Source: an uncultured virus (IMG/VR IMGVR_UViG_3300046808_000578) (lineage: Duplodnaviria; Heunggongvirae; Uroviricota; Caudoviricetes). Taken from it: a stretch of DNA of 64,000 nt. The stretch is taken from IMG/VR virus record IMGVR_UViG_3300046808_000578; one strand, given 5' to 3'. The translations under genes were made by a program, and so were the position numbers. Below the pieces are notes generated by a model, which was not told the DNA's origin, ran no database searches, and saw only the letters and a list, made by a program, of their open reading frames with translations. Below are positions 20,601 to 27,707 of this stretch, piece by piece. Within the stretch, counting starts at the first letter, position 1; each line of letters opens with the position of its first letter.

Positions 20601-20609
20601 GGGTTCCAT
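11673..20609 (-). CDS. 2978-aa internal virion/ejection protein (large polyvalent-type) with zincin-like metallopeptidase motif
   Basis: Size and position after two helical proteins; G/A-rich N-terminus; WGYY...ETLIHEVIHA...DEF; helical C-terminal region. Confidence 0.75.
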   Translation of the reverse strand: MEPDIAADPTEELYSFASSLYSPAQPTPTGYESPGLQRTPTESVASEGDDLEFYKFAQQQYEPKETESLRLAKNPYKPKASPEDPNYLQKLVEEFKTPTVARAIDILQADQNLQSGVGPVQTAFSSLLRGTVKSVTDAPKFLSLLLEPLTGSKALEEFAIGIDQNVNEALPIGKEYSDSFWLRQIPEGLGQVLGMVGTSLATGGIGALSKGLLSTAGTAFKLENIAFKGMAASEGAMAVGNAAKAGELAIKAEDAYSKANKLKELFTSFSTYLMGGSEGYDAYTRSIEQGDSILTATAKSLGYATVAAAIEADMTADIVKRVHGMLGGKATGDVIKEAGNAVLSAGWKDFLTKDIANEVWKGFKEEGIQSLAQSAIVGKGFVPSLSDVYEAAKSASAEGAAGGVIQGLIGGITGIRTPFRPRQDLPNLAPLTNRVDQQVQAQQQEDSLNAIVEQVKVNATETPGEPEKKPPTKPTGETTKTGATTPPTGAAETTAQEAAKPPDYSGVSQTAADILRAVDGGGIPMSVSAGLEKAAIQNGITEWQTKTPAEIVAELRAINTANIAAKSTQTADITAENTVMGVGATPTGTAAGVEIAGEQPPSAPKNVIPFTKVGRVGKAPTPLTPTKQPAGPLVPKKPAISPTPTTAPKQEVAPTVSVGAEETTETKTPEPSGTQIPEPVLPAPKPSTPFTKVGRVGKPPTPLTPPKKPAGPFVPKKPGIRTGATTLPRPQMAPEAAPLPDYEVAATKFEETIANPEYSDVDLEALLPLLQEAELLSDYDIDEINIMSSEDPEAVLPYVSRIVRDQLKLKRKQADTLRSEEEDRKAKEAADLKAEEERKAKEEEERKAKEAAALKAEEERKAREEAERKAKEDAQKAQDEAAAATGTKALLDRQRALIESLKTADAANRLPIVQEIVALDQQLLAAGIQGTMVTVNYPDPEVSEEEFLALSPKWKLLAVTSKDGKVSYTEVTEEEFNNASPEAQQLSREKTFTDAQNRFIDRMVDENGFPITSQTITENVKGSKVQNKGVSAEYKRRLQEKYPQEVVKAPSYVQRDKTTGEATVVFVTSSSQTTTRKAIADIVGEAEATRLLREANSPASTPTETIRTRLLFTNNPDTVLDQFDRGVKVVIPNSIMDADKLHPNILYSFNSDTKQYEVAGVRHPVYGLINSPGQFKELDAARAAEASESVRKQNYTLEQEKQSFLEELSKLSSKKLTVEEQQLESKAIKDIADLINSSYTESQPLLEGDDWARVQSAAVAEASYLVRSGKAKKLNVKKIVDDIVKPIYSFRKIRTGRKATEGAEPVDIEGDAGLDVGDEDGNDELSDELTTDENSVLEEADKVSGNQGRLKGWRGEISKELWSQLDTDQQEFLKNYSPDEATAADTKRFTQLVSAFAEMATAARENAKQDLLNDPAIRNKLLLEGISRKQAEQLNVDQINAILERQRIQALARIPEVIEALDRREIDMIDLERMKLSRLEAILAEEGITLPVSAAKELPLNARMKSAVRSGVAAVADMAAQKVLRKDANDVSELRLVEETGALTPKEERARRVFTDGESVSEALSKLAQTSKDPRLKTLAQLFEARGLQTTLRIVDNLTNPDTGERVWGYYDVTSDTVYLDTYRQYETQSVQEETLIHEVIHAFTLGATVRYSEYTQAQSAVRTFQSEGGTLQQLQTSPATTGLSEEAIKTLLDAYDITLNTPKEIIEFGREINRLYNKTKAYLRYTPEGRSVYERFAAKSREHQFYIDYGLTNVDEFCAALAHRPFRELLNNIPDTSGKSLWRKVCDAILGLLQKMFNIETGSVLDNTLTSLISFDSNVSKWATEQYSKKSRIVKGLGIAASKKLTTSLEDLRKAVPEIDKALTGKIYHSEMTDENVANANAFIFSFNSLDEAFFALDLPSTRLTERERLMTRTILGIRLTKVAKALAPTDKALSEYYDQLAGEAANKVSEELTRFAQGLNAGRWISQIFSPNQQASKLTAPTTAAQVEVLKDDANVTAIEGTVEQAKAEAIQEVLAKNQGIPKKVVKGTVNPELQGVFDFFNEVQDTTKLDENLIKKIAERLVKLANPSIDKAPLSERKALEKEVMKEVMSQLSSLVTAKKAKKPAELRDILLDNVYLTKRAFENAVSTLVQFGRLSPDKAQAVKDAEFVDFDYKAAREILLKQIKLTEELRKTFAQRKATLANVTQTLLENSDLSEADAKKVAEALEKVFNTEVKKKADALLRRLSADKSFAQGRVSKVPADNKFLQLFELGVFDERELYNRIALANPNLKLPTWNPLVVEQIKKEAEMIEEMPEGDAKREKLINLNSLIAEEHAKNLKGLSKFKYWIGDLAPAIWQAGVLSGLPTQTVNFLSAHANVGLQGLFQAVGYQIKALGAGVSLWDSFKFYGNLASGWTTVMNFFDKSCSGKLMVQKAWATGSSRFKNMDATTKSILEQDSWASKYLPHKYVGRIMTGADGVNCQIGVEIAMRHALTYAFMTQGKQGRELANAMAEAFDPNVTVKANIEARINDAAAKGFLGQGPALERNKGLMRLELMEEYRQEMSANSKLIASSMETAKDWTFNNDPRGIMGLVFDGISSQLNKSVKVTKFVLPFMRTMANLVNNALDFSLFGLLRAHNMSPGFLLLGEKNKYRLSQVERGSVEYNTLMAQGVVGTAGMLYLLAMAIKGVDDEEKKKKPFFAVYGPGPKDFQKAKQLEQGSDWRKNSIRIGDQVLRYTDWPVMSLALGAIGAVCDMRRYEKNLSEKTIAQQAQMFGLGVLNLIFEKNLISGLSNIMDIIKNPDARGAMALEKFFSGIVGGFTNPQALKWSRTTIEGLLDENGRSPVYDRSTSQGYWMSMVPASGWGNQPMLNTLGQPITQPWHQGMTGRFISKDSEKNPIFASLVDQNLFITSPSKSTEIQIAKQKIKVGSNDQLWREFVIARGEQLQKRITPAFISSLSNLSEEKAQERLNKMTEVCRDAAVNKIRKKIINKEITL

Positions 20610-20622
20610 GTGTGCGATAGTG

Positions 20623-22290
20623 TTAGAACTGGGAAGTCAACCCACTCATTACGGTGTATTCCGGATCGATCGCTTTATACACCTCAAAATCCAATTCTTT
20701 TTTCGCTGATTCGATTTCGTTATACCTCGCGGTTATCTTCGCCAATTCTTGAGGGTCTTTGGTTGATTGAAGCTGTTTATTCAGTGCCGCCATCTGACGA
20801 AGCAACGGACTCGCCACCACCATCTGGATGTCGTTAGTCTTTAACTGAGATTCTGCAAACTCAGTTATAAGTTTCTTTTTATCGTTAATAAACTTTCTAA
20901 CAACGTCCGACTTACCCGCCATCTGCGCCGCCGCTACTTGTTTATCGAACTCGGATTCGGCCACATTACGCAACCCGTCAGTATACTTCGCTACAGTCCC
21001 CTGTATGTCGATCCCTGCTGGGTACACTTCTCTTACGATTGGGTTATTAGTAGAAATAATAACCTTCGATTTGTTAGTGGCAGGCACCCCTCTATCGACT
21101 ATCTTGAACGGATTTGCCCCTTCCAGTTTAGGTAGTTTCACTTCCTCCTTGGGGGGTTGAACTTGAGCTGCTTTTTGAATGTCCTCTTCAGTGATCACCC
21201 TTTCTTGGGCGTCTCCAAACTGAACCCTATCCCCGGGCTTTAAGTTTTGGACCTCCGTCAAAATATTCTCAGAGGTTATCTTCTTCACTGCCGTGGCTGC
21301 CTCGCCGCCAGCCGGGGGAGCCGCTGGAGTCGCTGGAGTCGCAGCCCCTTTCGCGTCCATCAACCGGGTCATGGTGCTGAGTGCCTTATTGAGCAAGTTG
21401 AGTTCTTCCTGTGGAACTTCTTCCTGAAGGTTCTGACGCCTGTCAATACTAGGTTTAAGCGCAGTGATTATCGAGCGAGCTTCGCTCATCTGTTTGTCCC
21501 GCTTCCCGAAATCGAACAACGCTTTACGCGCCCCAGCATAATCAAACCCAGAGTCCGTACGGAAATCATCAGGATTCAGGTCCGCGTTCTTCAAGTCCTG
21601 CTCTACCTTTTCCTGCGCCTGCCGTTGGGTAAACGAAGCCATCAATCCCCGCCGATCCTCCATACCAAACTCGCGACCCTCTGCTTTGGCTGCTTGTTTT
21701 GCTTTCTCCTCCTCCGCCAGAAAATCTTGCTGGTAGAACGGACTCAAAGATTTGCTGAACGTCTGGTACTCCCGGAACTCCTGCTCTTGCTGAGCCTTTG
21801 TCTGCATGTCCTCCGCTCTTTGCGCGGCTCGTGCCTGCAGATTCTCCTCACGCTGCATGTTCTGGTTGACCAAATCGTACTGCTTGCGGATGTCCCGTTT
21901 GAAGTTGATCGCGCTGTTGATCGCCTGATCCCGGAAACCGTACGGAAATTGAGAGTACAGTGTGGTGATCTGATTCTCGAAATCGTCGGCATGCGGATCG
22001 ATGTCGGTGAGCTTGGAGGCAACGTATCCTGCCTGCTCCTCGATACGGTTCTTCTCCCGCAGATTCATGCTGGCCAGCGCCGTGTCCCTAAGCTGCCGAA
22101 CCGCTGAAGCTTTCTGTTGCTCAACGGCCAACAAGGCTCGTTCGGTTTGGAGATCTGTGTCGATCGATGAAACCGATTCGACAGGTCTCCCGTAAACTCG
22201 TTGCCCGTAACTGGAAAGACCTGACGTCCCAGAAGGAAGCGAATAACTGCGGCCCCCCAAATCGGAATAGGCATCTTCAAGGTCGGCCAT
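20623..22290 (-). CDS. putative internal virion (ejection) protein
   Basis: 555 aa, Q/E/K/A-rich helical, directly upstream of the giant ORF. Confidence 0.6.
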   Translation of the reverse strand: MADLEDAYSDLGGRSYSLPSGTSGLSSYGQRVYGRPVESVSSIDTDLQTERALLAVEQQKASAVRQLRDTALASMNLREKNRIEEQAGYVASKLTDIDPHADDFENQITTLYSQFPYGFRDQAINSAINFKRDIRKQYDLVNQNMQREENLQARAAQRAEDMQTKAQQEQEFREYQTFSKSLSPFYQQDFLAEEEKAKQAAKAEGREFGMEDRRGLMASFTQRQAQEKVEQDLKNADLNPDDFRTDSGFDYAGARKALFDFGKRDKQMSEARSIITALKPSIDRRQNLQEEVPQEELNLLNKALSTMTRLMDAKGAATPATPAAPPAGGEAATAVKKITSENILTEVQNLKPGDRVQFGDAQERVITEEDIQKAAQVQPPKEEVKLPKLEGANPFKIVDRGVPATNKSKVIISTNNPIVREVYPAGIDIQGTVAKYTDGLRNVAESEFDKQVAAAQMAGKSDVVRKFINDKKKLITEFAESQLKTNDIQMVVASPLLRQMAALNKQLQSTKDPQELAKITARYNEIESAKKELDFEVYKAIDPEYTVMSGLTSQF

Positions 22291-22301
22291 AATCGTATGT
22301 T

Positions 22302-24098
22302 CTACTGTGCTTCCTCTTGTTGTGTAAAACTTTCCTGAAGCTGCCTAAGCTCTTCTCTAAGTTTAGCTTGTTCCTTTGGATTAGCAGCTTTGTCAATCGC
22401 AGCCTGCAAAGCTTTCTCTCGCTGCTCAAACTCTTCTAGTGTGAACCTAGCCTCCTGAATAGATTTAGTAACCCGCGCTTTCGCAGCCGTTTCCCCAACA
22501 ACCTGTTCCGTCACATCCTTTCGAGTATTTTTTGGTGGAGCACCTACCATACTCCCCGTCTTTTGTTTGAATGCCCGTCGAGCTGCCGTTTCGGCTCGTT
22601 CCCGTCTTTGCACCTCACGCTCCACAGCATCCGAACCACCCGTTCCTCCCATCATCGGGGTGAACTCTGCCTGCCTCTGCTTGAACCAGTCGGAAAGTTC
22701 ATCCGGGTTGCGCTTTCCGGTGTACTCCGGAGCCACCACAGATGTCTGGTCAATGATACTGCGGTACTGCGGGCTGTTCCATTTGGCCGCGAAAGCTTTG
22801 TCCCCCTCTTCCCCTTCGGCAAAGTTTTCCCTGTCCTTCTTCATCACAGCGGCACGGTTGTCTCGCAGCGTTTGAACGCGGTCTAAATACCTACTTTCAG
22901 GGGTTTGCTCTATATAAGGAGTCTGAAGACGCTCTGCCTGTTCCGGGGTGGCCAGAATGGTGCCGTACGGAGTGCGCACTAAGACGTTTTGAGAGGCAGG
23001 AGCAGTAGCAGCAGCGGCAGGAGCAGCGGCAGCAGCGGCAGGAGCAGCAGGAGCAGCAGGAGCGGCAGGAGCGGCAGGAGCAGCGGCGGTAGTAGCAGGG
23101 CGAGCGACATCAGTTTTCGCTTCGGATTCACCACTCGCAATACTTTTAACCGGTTGGCGAGCAGGAGCAGCAGGAGCAGCCATGAGGCCCGTGTACTGAC
23201 CTTCCTCGCCATACCGTTCAACGTACAAATCCCGGGGTGTGTCAGTATCAGCCGCACGCTCTTTCTCCATTCCTGCCTTAGACTGTTCTTCAGATTTCGG
23301 GCGAGCCACTTCAGCCACAGGTTCCGGAAGAGCCCTAGGCACCATAGGAGTTGTGGTACGAAAAGCTGGAACTGGCGCAGGTTCCGGTAGAGGGCGTAAC
23401 GTAACGTCGTTCTCGCCCCCACGCAAATCAACTCGCGGAGCGCCGACTCCACCAAACCTGTCAAACTCCGAAGGATTCAAAGCCTGTTCAGGGGTCCGAG
23501 GTTTCACCACCTCCGCCCCGGGTACCATCAATGGGGTAGGACGGCGGACCAGATCTTGCGGGCTGCTTAGGAAAGCGTCTGCCCGTTGAATCGAATTGGG
23601 AGGCGGCAATGTCGGGACAACAGCAGGTGCCGGAACAGGTCGAGGTGCTGGAGGGGTACGAAGAGGTTCTCCGCCCATCCGAGTACGCAAATCAGAACTT
23701 TCCACAGAAGGTTGCCGAAGGATTGCTGCTACTCCTGTTGGGGCAAGGAGAGGTTCTCCACCCATCCGAGTACGCAAATCAGAACTTTCCACAGAAGGTT
23801 GCCGAGGGATTGCTGCTACTCCTGTTGGGACAACAGCAGGTGCCGGAAGGGGCCGAGGTGCCGGGGAGCCCATACGAAAAGCTGGGGCAGGAGCTACCAA
23901 ATTCAACCCCATGGTGCCGTCAGCAGCCTGTGGGATGGGAGTTGCTCCGGTTCGTTGCTCAAGAAGACTCTTCGTCTCCGCAGGCAAATTCTCAACCTTA
24001 GCCAGATTCTCATCGGAAAGCACATCAGGACTCGCCGTTGCCCCGCCAAGCTCCGACATGGACTCCTCTAGACTCGGATCTTTTTTCTTCTTAGCCAT
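22302..24098 (-). CDS. putative internal virion protein, Pro/Ala-rich and disordered
   Basis: 598 aa; (AAP)n tract and an internal duplication. Confidence 0.55.
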   Translation of the reverse strand: MAKKKKDPSLEESMSELGGATASPDVLSDENLAKVENLPAETKSLLEQRTGATPIPQAADGTMGLNLVAPAPAFRMGSPAPRPLPAPAVVPTGVAAIPRQPSVESSDLRTRMGGEPLLAPTGVAAILRQPSVESSDLRTRMGGEPLRTPPAPRPVPAPAVVPTLPPPNSIQRADAFLSSPQDLVRRPTPLMVPGAEVVKPRTPEQALNPSEFDRFGGVGAPRVDLRGGENDVTLRPLPEPAPVPAFRTTTPMVPRALPEPVAEVARPKSEEQSKAGMEKERAADTDTPRDLYVERYGEEGQYTGLMAAPAAPARQPVKSIASGESEAKTDVARPATTAAAPAAPAAPAAPAAPAAAAAAPAAAATAPASQNVLVRTPYGTILATPEQAERLQTPYIEQTPESRYLDRVQTLRDNRAAVMKKDRENFAEGEEGDKAFAAKWNSPQYRSIIDQTSVVAPEYTGKRNPDELSDWFKQRQAEFTPMMGGTGGSDAVEREVQRRERAETAARRAFKQKTGSMVGAPPKNTRKDVTEQVVGETAAKARVTKSIQEARFTLEEFEQREKALQAAIDKAANPKEQAKLREELRQLQESFTQQEEAQ

Positions 24099-24113
24099 AA
24101 CAGTAATTGGTTG

Positions 24114-25043
24114 TTACATCGAACTCCGAATCTTGCCCACCCCAAGCTGCATCCTCTTCGCGAGAAGCATTGCCCCGCCTCGTTCTTCCCGCAGGGCCCC
24201 CTGCAAGATCTGAAGCCCGAGCTGCCAACTGGCGTTCGCTCGTTCGATGTCGCCGTTGTTCTCGTAGTTGAGCGCCAGAATACCGTGTTTCAGGGCTCCA
24301 ATGTTCGGAGGGATCACGATGTCGGTATCCGTGATGCAGGGTACAAATTTGCGTTTGCAGATCACTCGGATTGCGTCGATGGTCGATGGATCCCGGCCCA
24401 CCATCTTGTATCGGCGGTAGCTTGGATTCAGCTCCCCGGGCTCATACACGGCAAGGATTGTCTCCTGTGCTGTGATTTTATCCACGGCAGTCAAGGTGAT
24501 GTACCCCTTGGTGACTGGCTTGGTAACCCGAGAAATCTTCACGAATTCCTGAGTGGTTGGAACCCCGGTAGCCGGGATCTTCAAGGTGGTCGGCGCTGCG
24601 AAAACTGGGCCAGACTCGGAGGTCACTGTAACCGTGAGCCCAACTCCAGAATGCTCTGATGCAGATGACGTAACTTTGAGGTAGGAGGCTGATGGGATAT
24701 CCACCAGCACCGGGTACTGGTCTCCAATATCCGCCAGAAACTGAACAGAGTAGGCATCCGGATTTGCCCCTAGTCCGTTCATGTTGAACTCCTGCAGACG
24801 GCCAAAGATGGCCAACGGAGTGTCCAATTGCAGAACTCCCAGTACCGACTCCGCCCTTCGAGGTAGGGTGATGTACCCGTAATGCGTGGGGTAATCCACC
24901 ATGACCTGCATGTCCTGCCATCGCCCCAAGGAGAAGTACCGATCCTGAACTTGGTTCAAGAGCGGCATGAACTTCGACTCGTCGTCCCCTTGAGCGACAA
25001 CGTCAATGAGGGCATCGCGAGCTGCTGAAACGGTGAGGCTCAT
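24114..25043 (-). CDS. putative head-tail adaptor/structural protein
   Basis: 309 aa, helical termini around a beta-rich core; position in morphogenesis block (inference). Confidence 0.5.
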   Translation of the reverse strand: MSLTVSAARDALIDVVAQGDDESKFMPLLNQVQDRYFSLGRWQDMQVMVDYPTHYGYITLPRRAESVLGVLQLDTPLAIFGRLQEFNMNGLGANPDAYSVQFLADIGDQYPVLVDIPSASYLKVTSSASEHSGVGLTVTVTSESGPVFAAPTTLKIPATGVPTTQEFVKISRVTKPVTKGYITLTAVDKITAQETILAVYEPGELNPSYRRYKMVGRDPSTIDAIRVICKRKFVPCITDTDIVIPPNIGALKHGILALNYENNGDIERANASWQLGLQILQGALREERGGAMLLAKRMQLGVGKIRSSM

Positions 25044-25054
25044 GAAATGGATAG

Positions 25055-25083
25055 ATCGTACAGATTTTGATGTTGCATAACAA
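25055..25083 (-). promoter_or_regulatory. putative sigma70-type promoter with very short leader
   Basis: Minus strand TTGTTA-17 nt-TACGAT, 11 nt before ATG 25043. Confidence 0.45.
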
Positions 25084-25091
25084 GCGCATTT

Positions 25092-26705
25092 CTACAATTG
25101 CCACGCTCCCGTGTCTGTGTTGAAAGCCCCGTTCCACGAGCGATACTTCACTTTCACAGATACTTCAGGGGCCCTTATGGAGTTCTGGGGTACGTACTGT
25201 AGCTTCAGTTCATACGCGCACGACCCTTGCTCAGGAAGCATATTGGCGTACACCACACTATCTCCTATGGGGTTCGCTTCAACAAACAGGTAAGCATACA
25301 GCTTTATCGTAATTGGCCAATTAGCAGGTAGATGCTGGTTTAAACGGATATAATAAAATCTTCCCCCTAGTAATTCATAATCGTAGGCTTTAAAAAAATC
25401 CATTAAGTGCTCTTGCACAAATCTTGGCTCATAACTACTTATGAATCCTCTAACGGTAGGGCCTTCAGTATACCCACCCCGTTCTCCCGGGGGATAAATG
25501 GAACTGGGTTTTGGAGTCGGAATTTCTCCTGCAATCAATTGGAGATCGTTACACCCCAACGGAGTGCCTAAAGCATTAAGGTAATTATACTGGGGTTCCC
25601 AATTCATGGTAGTCACATCCGTGTTGAAACAGACGAAATAAGACGCTTCGGCAAAACTCTCGGTCTTACCCATTTTATCTATCGTCTTTGACTCATAAAT
25701 ATCCACGGCCCCATAGGGAAAATATTGGACGATGGGTTGTTCCCTGTTCTCCTTGTAGTACTGATAATCTTGCCCCGGCTGCTTCGGTATGGGTTGGCAC
25801 AATTTCGCGAAAGAAGAGGTTTTAAACAGATCCTCTGATCTTTCAGGGTATAGTTTCTGTGGTACACCTACCGTAGGTTTGCCCGGCCACAACGGGGATT
25901 CAAAGTTATCCAATATTGGCTTGACCATCGACACGGCGATGTATGCTTCCCCGCGCGGTAAGTACTCGCTATCCTTTGGGTAGTCGTATGGGTACGGATC
26001 CGAATACTTTCTATCGTTATAGAGTTGCACCGGGCTTCCGTTATTAGTCCTCATCGCCCATGCTGGGTTAACGGGGCTATTCCTATACAACCACCATCGT
26101 GTGAAATCGGTGGGGATCGGATCCCACGGGTATCCCTCCGATTTGTAATACGAAGCATCGAATATCCCAAGTATCCCGCCCGCTCCATGCTTTGTCCCTT
26201 CCTTGGGTGTGTAGACCGTGTATCCGGGCTCCATTACTTCATTTGGAAGGGATGAAAAAAAACTTGGGCCATCCTGCCTGTCCGTGTCCAGAATCGCAAC
26301 CCCGGAAGGAATAAACACAGCGTTCAGCGTAAACGGCAATGTTTGCCTAACTAATGTAGCTTCGCCCCCATAAGGGCACGGAAATATCATCCCGGAGATA
26401 GGGTCCCTACAAGGAAGACACAACGGAGAATCCTCAAATATCCGGTCGCTATCCGGCCTAGACTGCGCAGAGGAAAACGACACATCCATCTTGATCGATA
26501 TGCTGACGTACCGCACCCGCATTAAAAACCAATGCAGATCCGCGTATGGAGTAAATTGATGATCCCTACCCGTGATCGGAGTAGGGGAACCTCCGGCTAC
26601 TCCTCCGTACATTGGAATAGCCCCGGGTTGTGTAGGTGGGCTCGGGTTGGGGCGAACTCTCGCAGGCAACCCGTTTTGTAAGCAGGGTACTTCGGAAGGA
26701 GTCAT
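25092..26705 (-). CDS. hypothetical structural protein (Pro/Tyr-rich)
   Basis: 537 aa ORF in late operon. Confidence 0.65.
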   Translation of the reverse strand: MTPSEVPCLQNGLPARVRPNPSPPTQPGAIPMYGGVAGGSPTPITGRDHQFTPYADLHWFLMRVRYVSISIKMDVSFSSAQSRPDSDRIFEDSPLCLPCRDPISGMIFPCPYGGEATLVRQTLPFTLNAVFIPSGVAILDTDRQDGPSFFSSLPNEVMEPGYTVYTPKEGTKHGAGGILGIFDASYYKSEGYPWDPIPTDFTRWWLYRNSPVNPAWAMRTNNGSPVQLYNDRKYSDPYPYDYPKDSEYLPRGEAYIAVSMVKPILDNFESPLWPGKPTVGVPQKLYPERSEDLFKTSSFAKLCQPIPKQPGQDYQYYKENREQPIVQYFPYGAVDIYESKTIDKMGKTESFAEASYFVCFNTDVTTMNWEPQYNYLNALGTPLGCNDLQLIAGEIPTPKPSSIYPPGERGGYTEGPTVRGFISSYEPRFVQEHLMDFFKAYDYELLGGRFYYIRLNQHLPANWPITIKLYAYLFVEANPIGDSVVYANMLPEQGSCAYELKLQYVPQNSIRAPEVSVKVKYRSWNGAFNTDTGAWQL

Positions 26706-26708
26706 GAC

Positions 26709-27707
26709 TTACGGTTCAAACAGGGGAGGTGGGTATGGGATGTACATCGGAAGTCCGTCAATCGTCCACAGATTGAGCTGCACGTTGTCCTTGGCCAACT
26801 GCACCAACTGAGTTGACTCAGAGAGCACGATCCCAACTGCCGTTGCCCCCGGGGTATACTGGATAACTTTTGCGATTGGGTGATACAACTTTTTTTGATA
26901 CGGCCTCATTGGATCGGAGGCATCCACCGTAAAGTACTTAATCCCTGTCCACGGTTTTACCCCGAAGGAAACATCGCACGATTGAATCGCCAATCCCTTG
27001 GTGAGTTCAAACTTCAGGTAAATGTAGTTCTCAACATTCAACGTGGTTGGGATCTCGTTGTCGATGGCTCCTATCGCCAGTTGACCGAATGGAGAGAACC
27101 CCTTGGCGATGTATCCTTTGGTAACCCGAAGCACTCGGTCTCCATTTTGCTTGGTCTGCAGGTAGACCTTGAATGGATAGCTGTCCTCTCCAGAACCTTG
27201 GTCTGTCGTGGTAATTGGGTTGTCCAATACCCGTTTCTTGTGCTCGTCGATGACCCCGAACTGAGGACGTTGATGTCGTTCTTGAGGCGGCTTCTCAGTC
27301 TTGGTACGCTGCAGCACTTCATCCCTATGCTCCCGAAGTTGGTCTACAACGGATCGAAGCCTGTGCCGTTCCTCGGAGGTTCGCGCAGATTGACGGTAGT
27401 GTGAGAACTCCTTCTTGATCTGGTTGTTGATCTCTTGGACGGTTCGTTTCGCTGCCTTAGCGGTATCCTTGGCTCGTTGTTCCTCTGCATCCGGTGAGTT
27501 GTCAAAAACTCCAGACCCAACTTGCTTACTAGCCATTGTCCCCGTGCCCACCCCTTTGGACGCCATCGCCCCAGAGCCACCAGTCTTGCTGGCCATCGCC
27601 CCAGTCCCAACCGCGTCAGTGCGCAAACCTGTTGGAGGAGGTTTGATCGCGTGAGCCTCAACCCCACGCTGCTCCGGGTCCACTCCGTTCATGCCGTTGT
27701 TGTTCAT
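26709..27707 (-). CDS. hypothetical structural protein
   Basis: 332 aa; G(T/S)G(A/T)MASK x3; overlaps upstream stop. Confidence 0.65.
   Translation of the reverse strand: MNNNGMNGVDPEQRGVEAHAIKPPPTGLRTDAVGTGAMASKTGGSGAMASKGVGTGTMASKQVGSGVFDNSPDAEEQRAKDTAKAAKRTVQEINNQIKKEFSHYRQSARTSEERHRLRSVVDQLREHRDEVLQRTKTEKPPQERHQRPQFGVIDEHKKRVLDNPITTTDQGSGEDSYPFKVYLQTKQNGDRVLRVTKGYIAKGFSPFGQLAIGAIDNEIPTTLNVENYIYLKFELTKGLAIQSCDVSFGVKPWTGIKYFTVDASDPMRPYQKKLYHPIAKVIQYTPGATAVGIVLSESTQLVQLAKDNVQLNLWTIDGLPMYIPYPPPLFEP

Noticed and set aside
11673..20609. Virion RNA polymerase or tape measure protein
   Set aside because: No DxDGD or T7/N4-type polymerase motifs seen; no tape-measure repeat pattern and no tail tube/chaperone genes upstream
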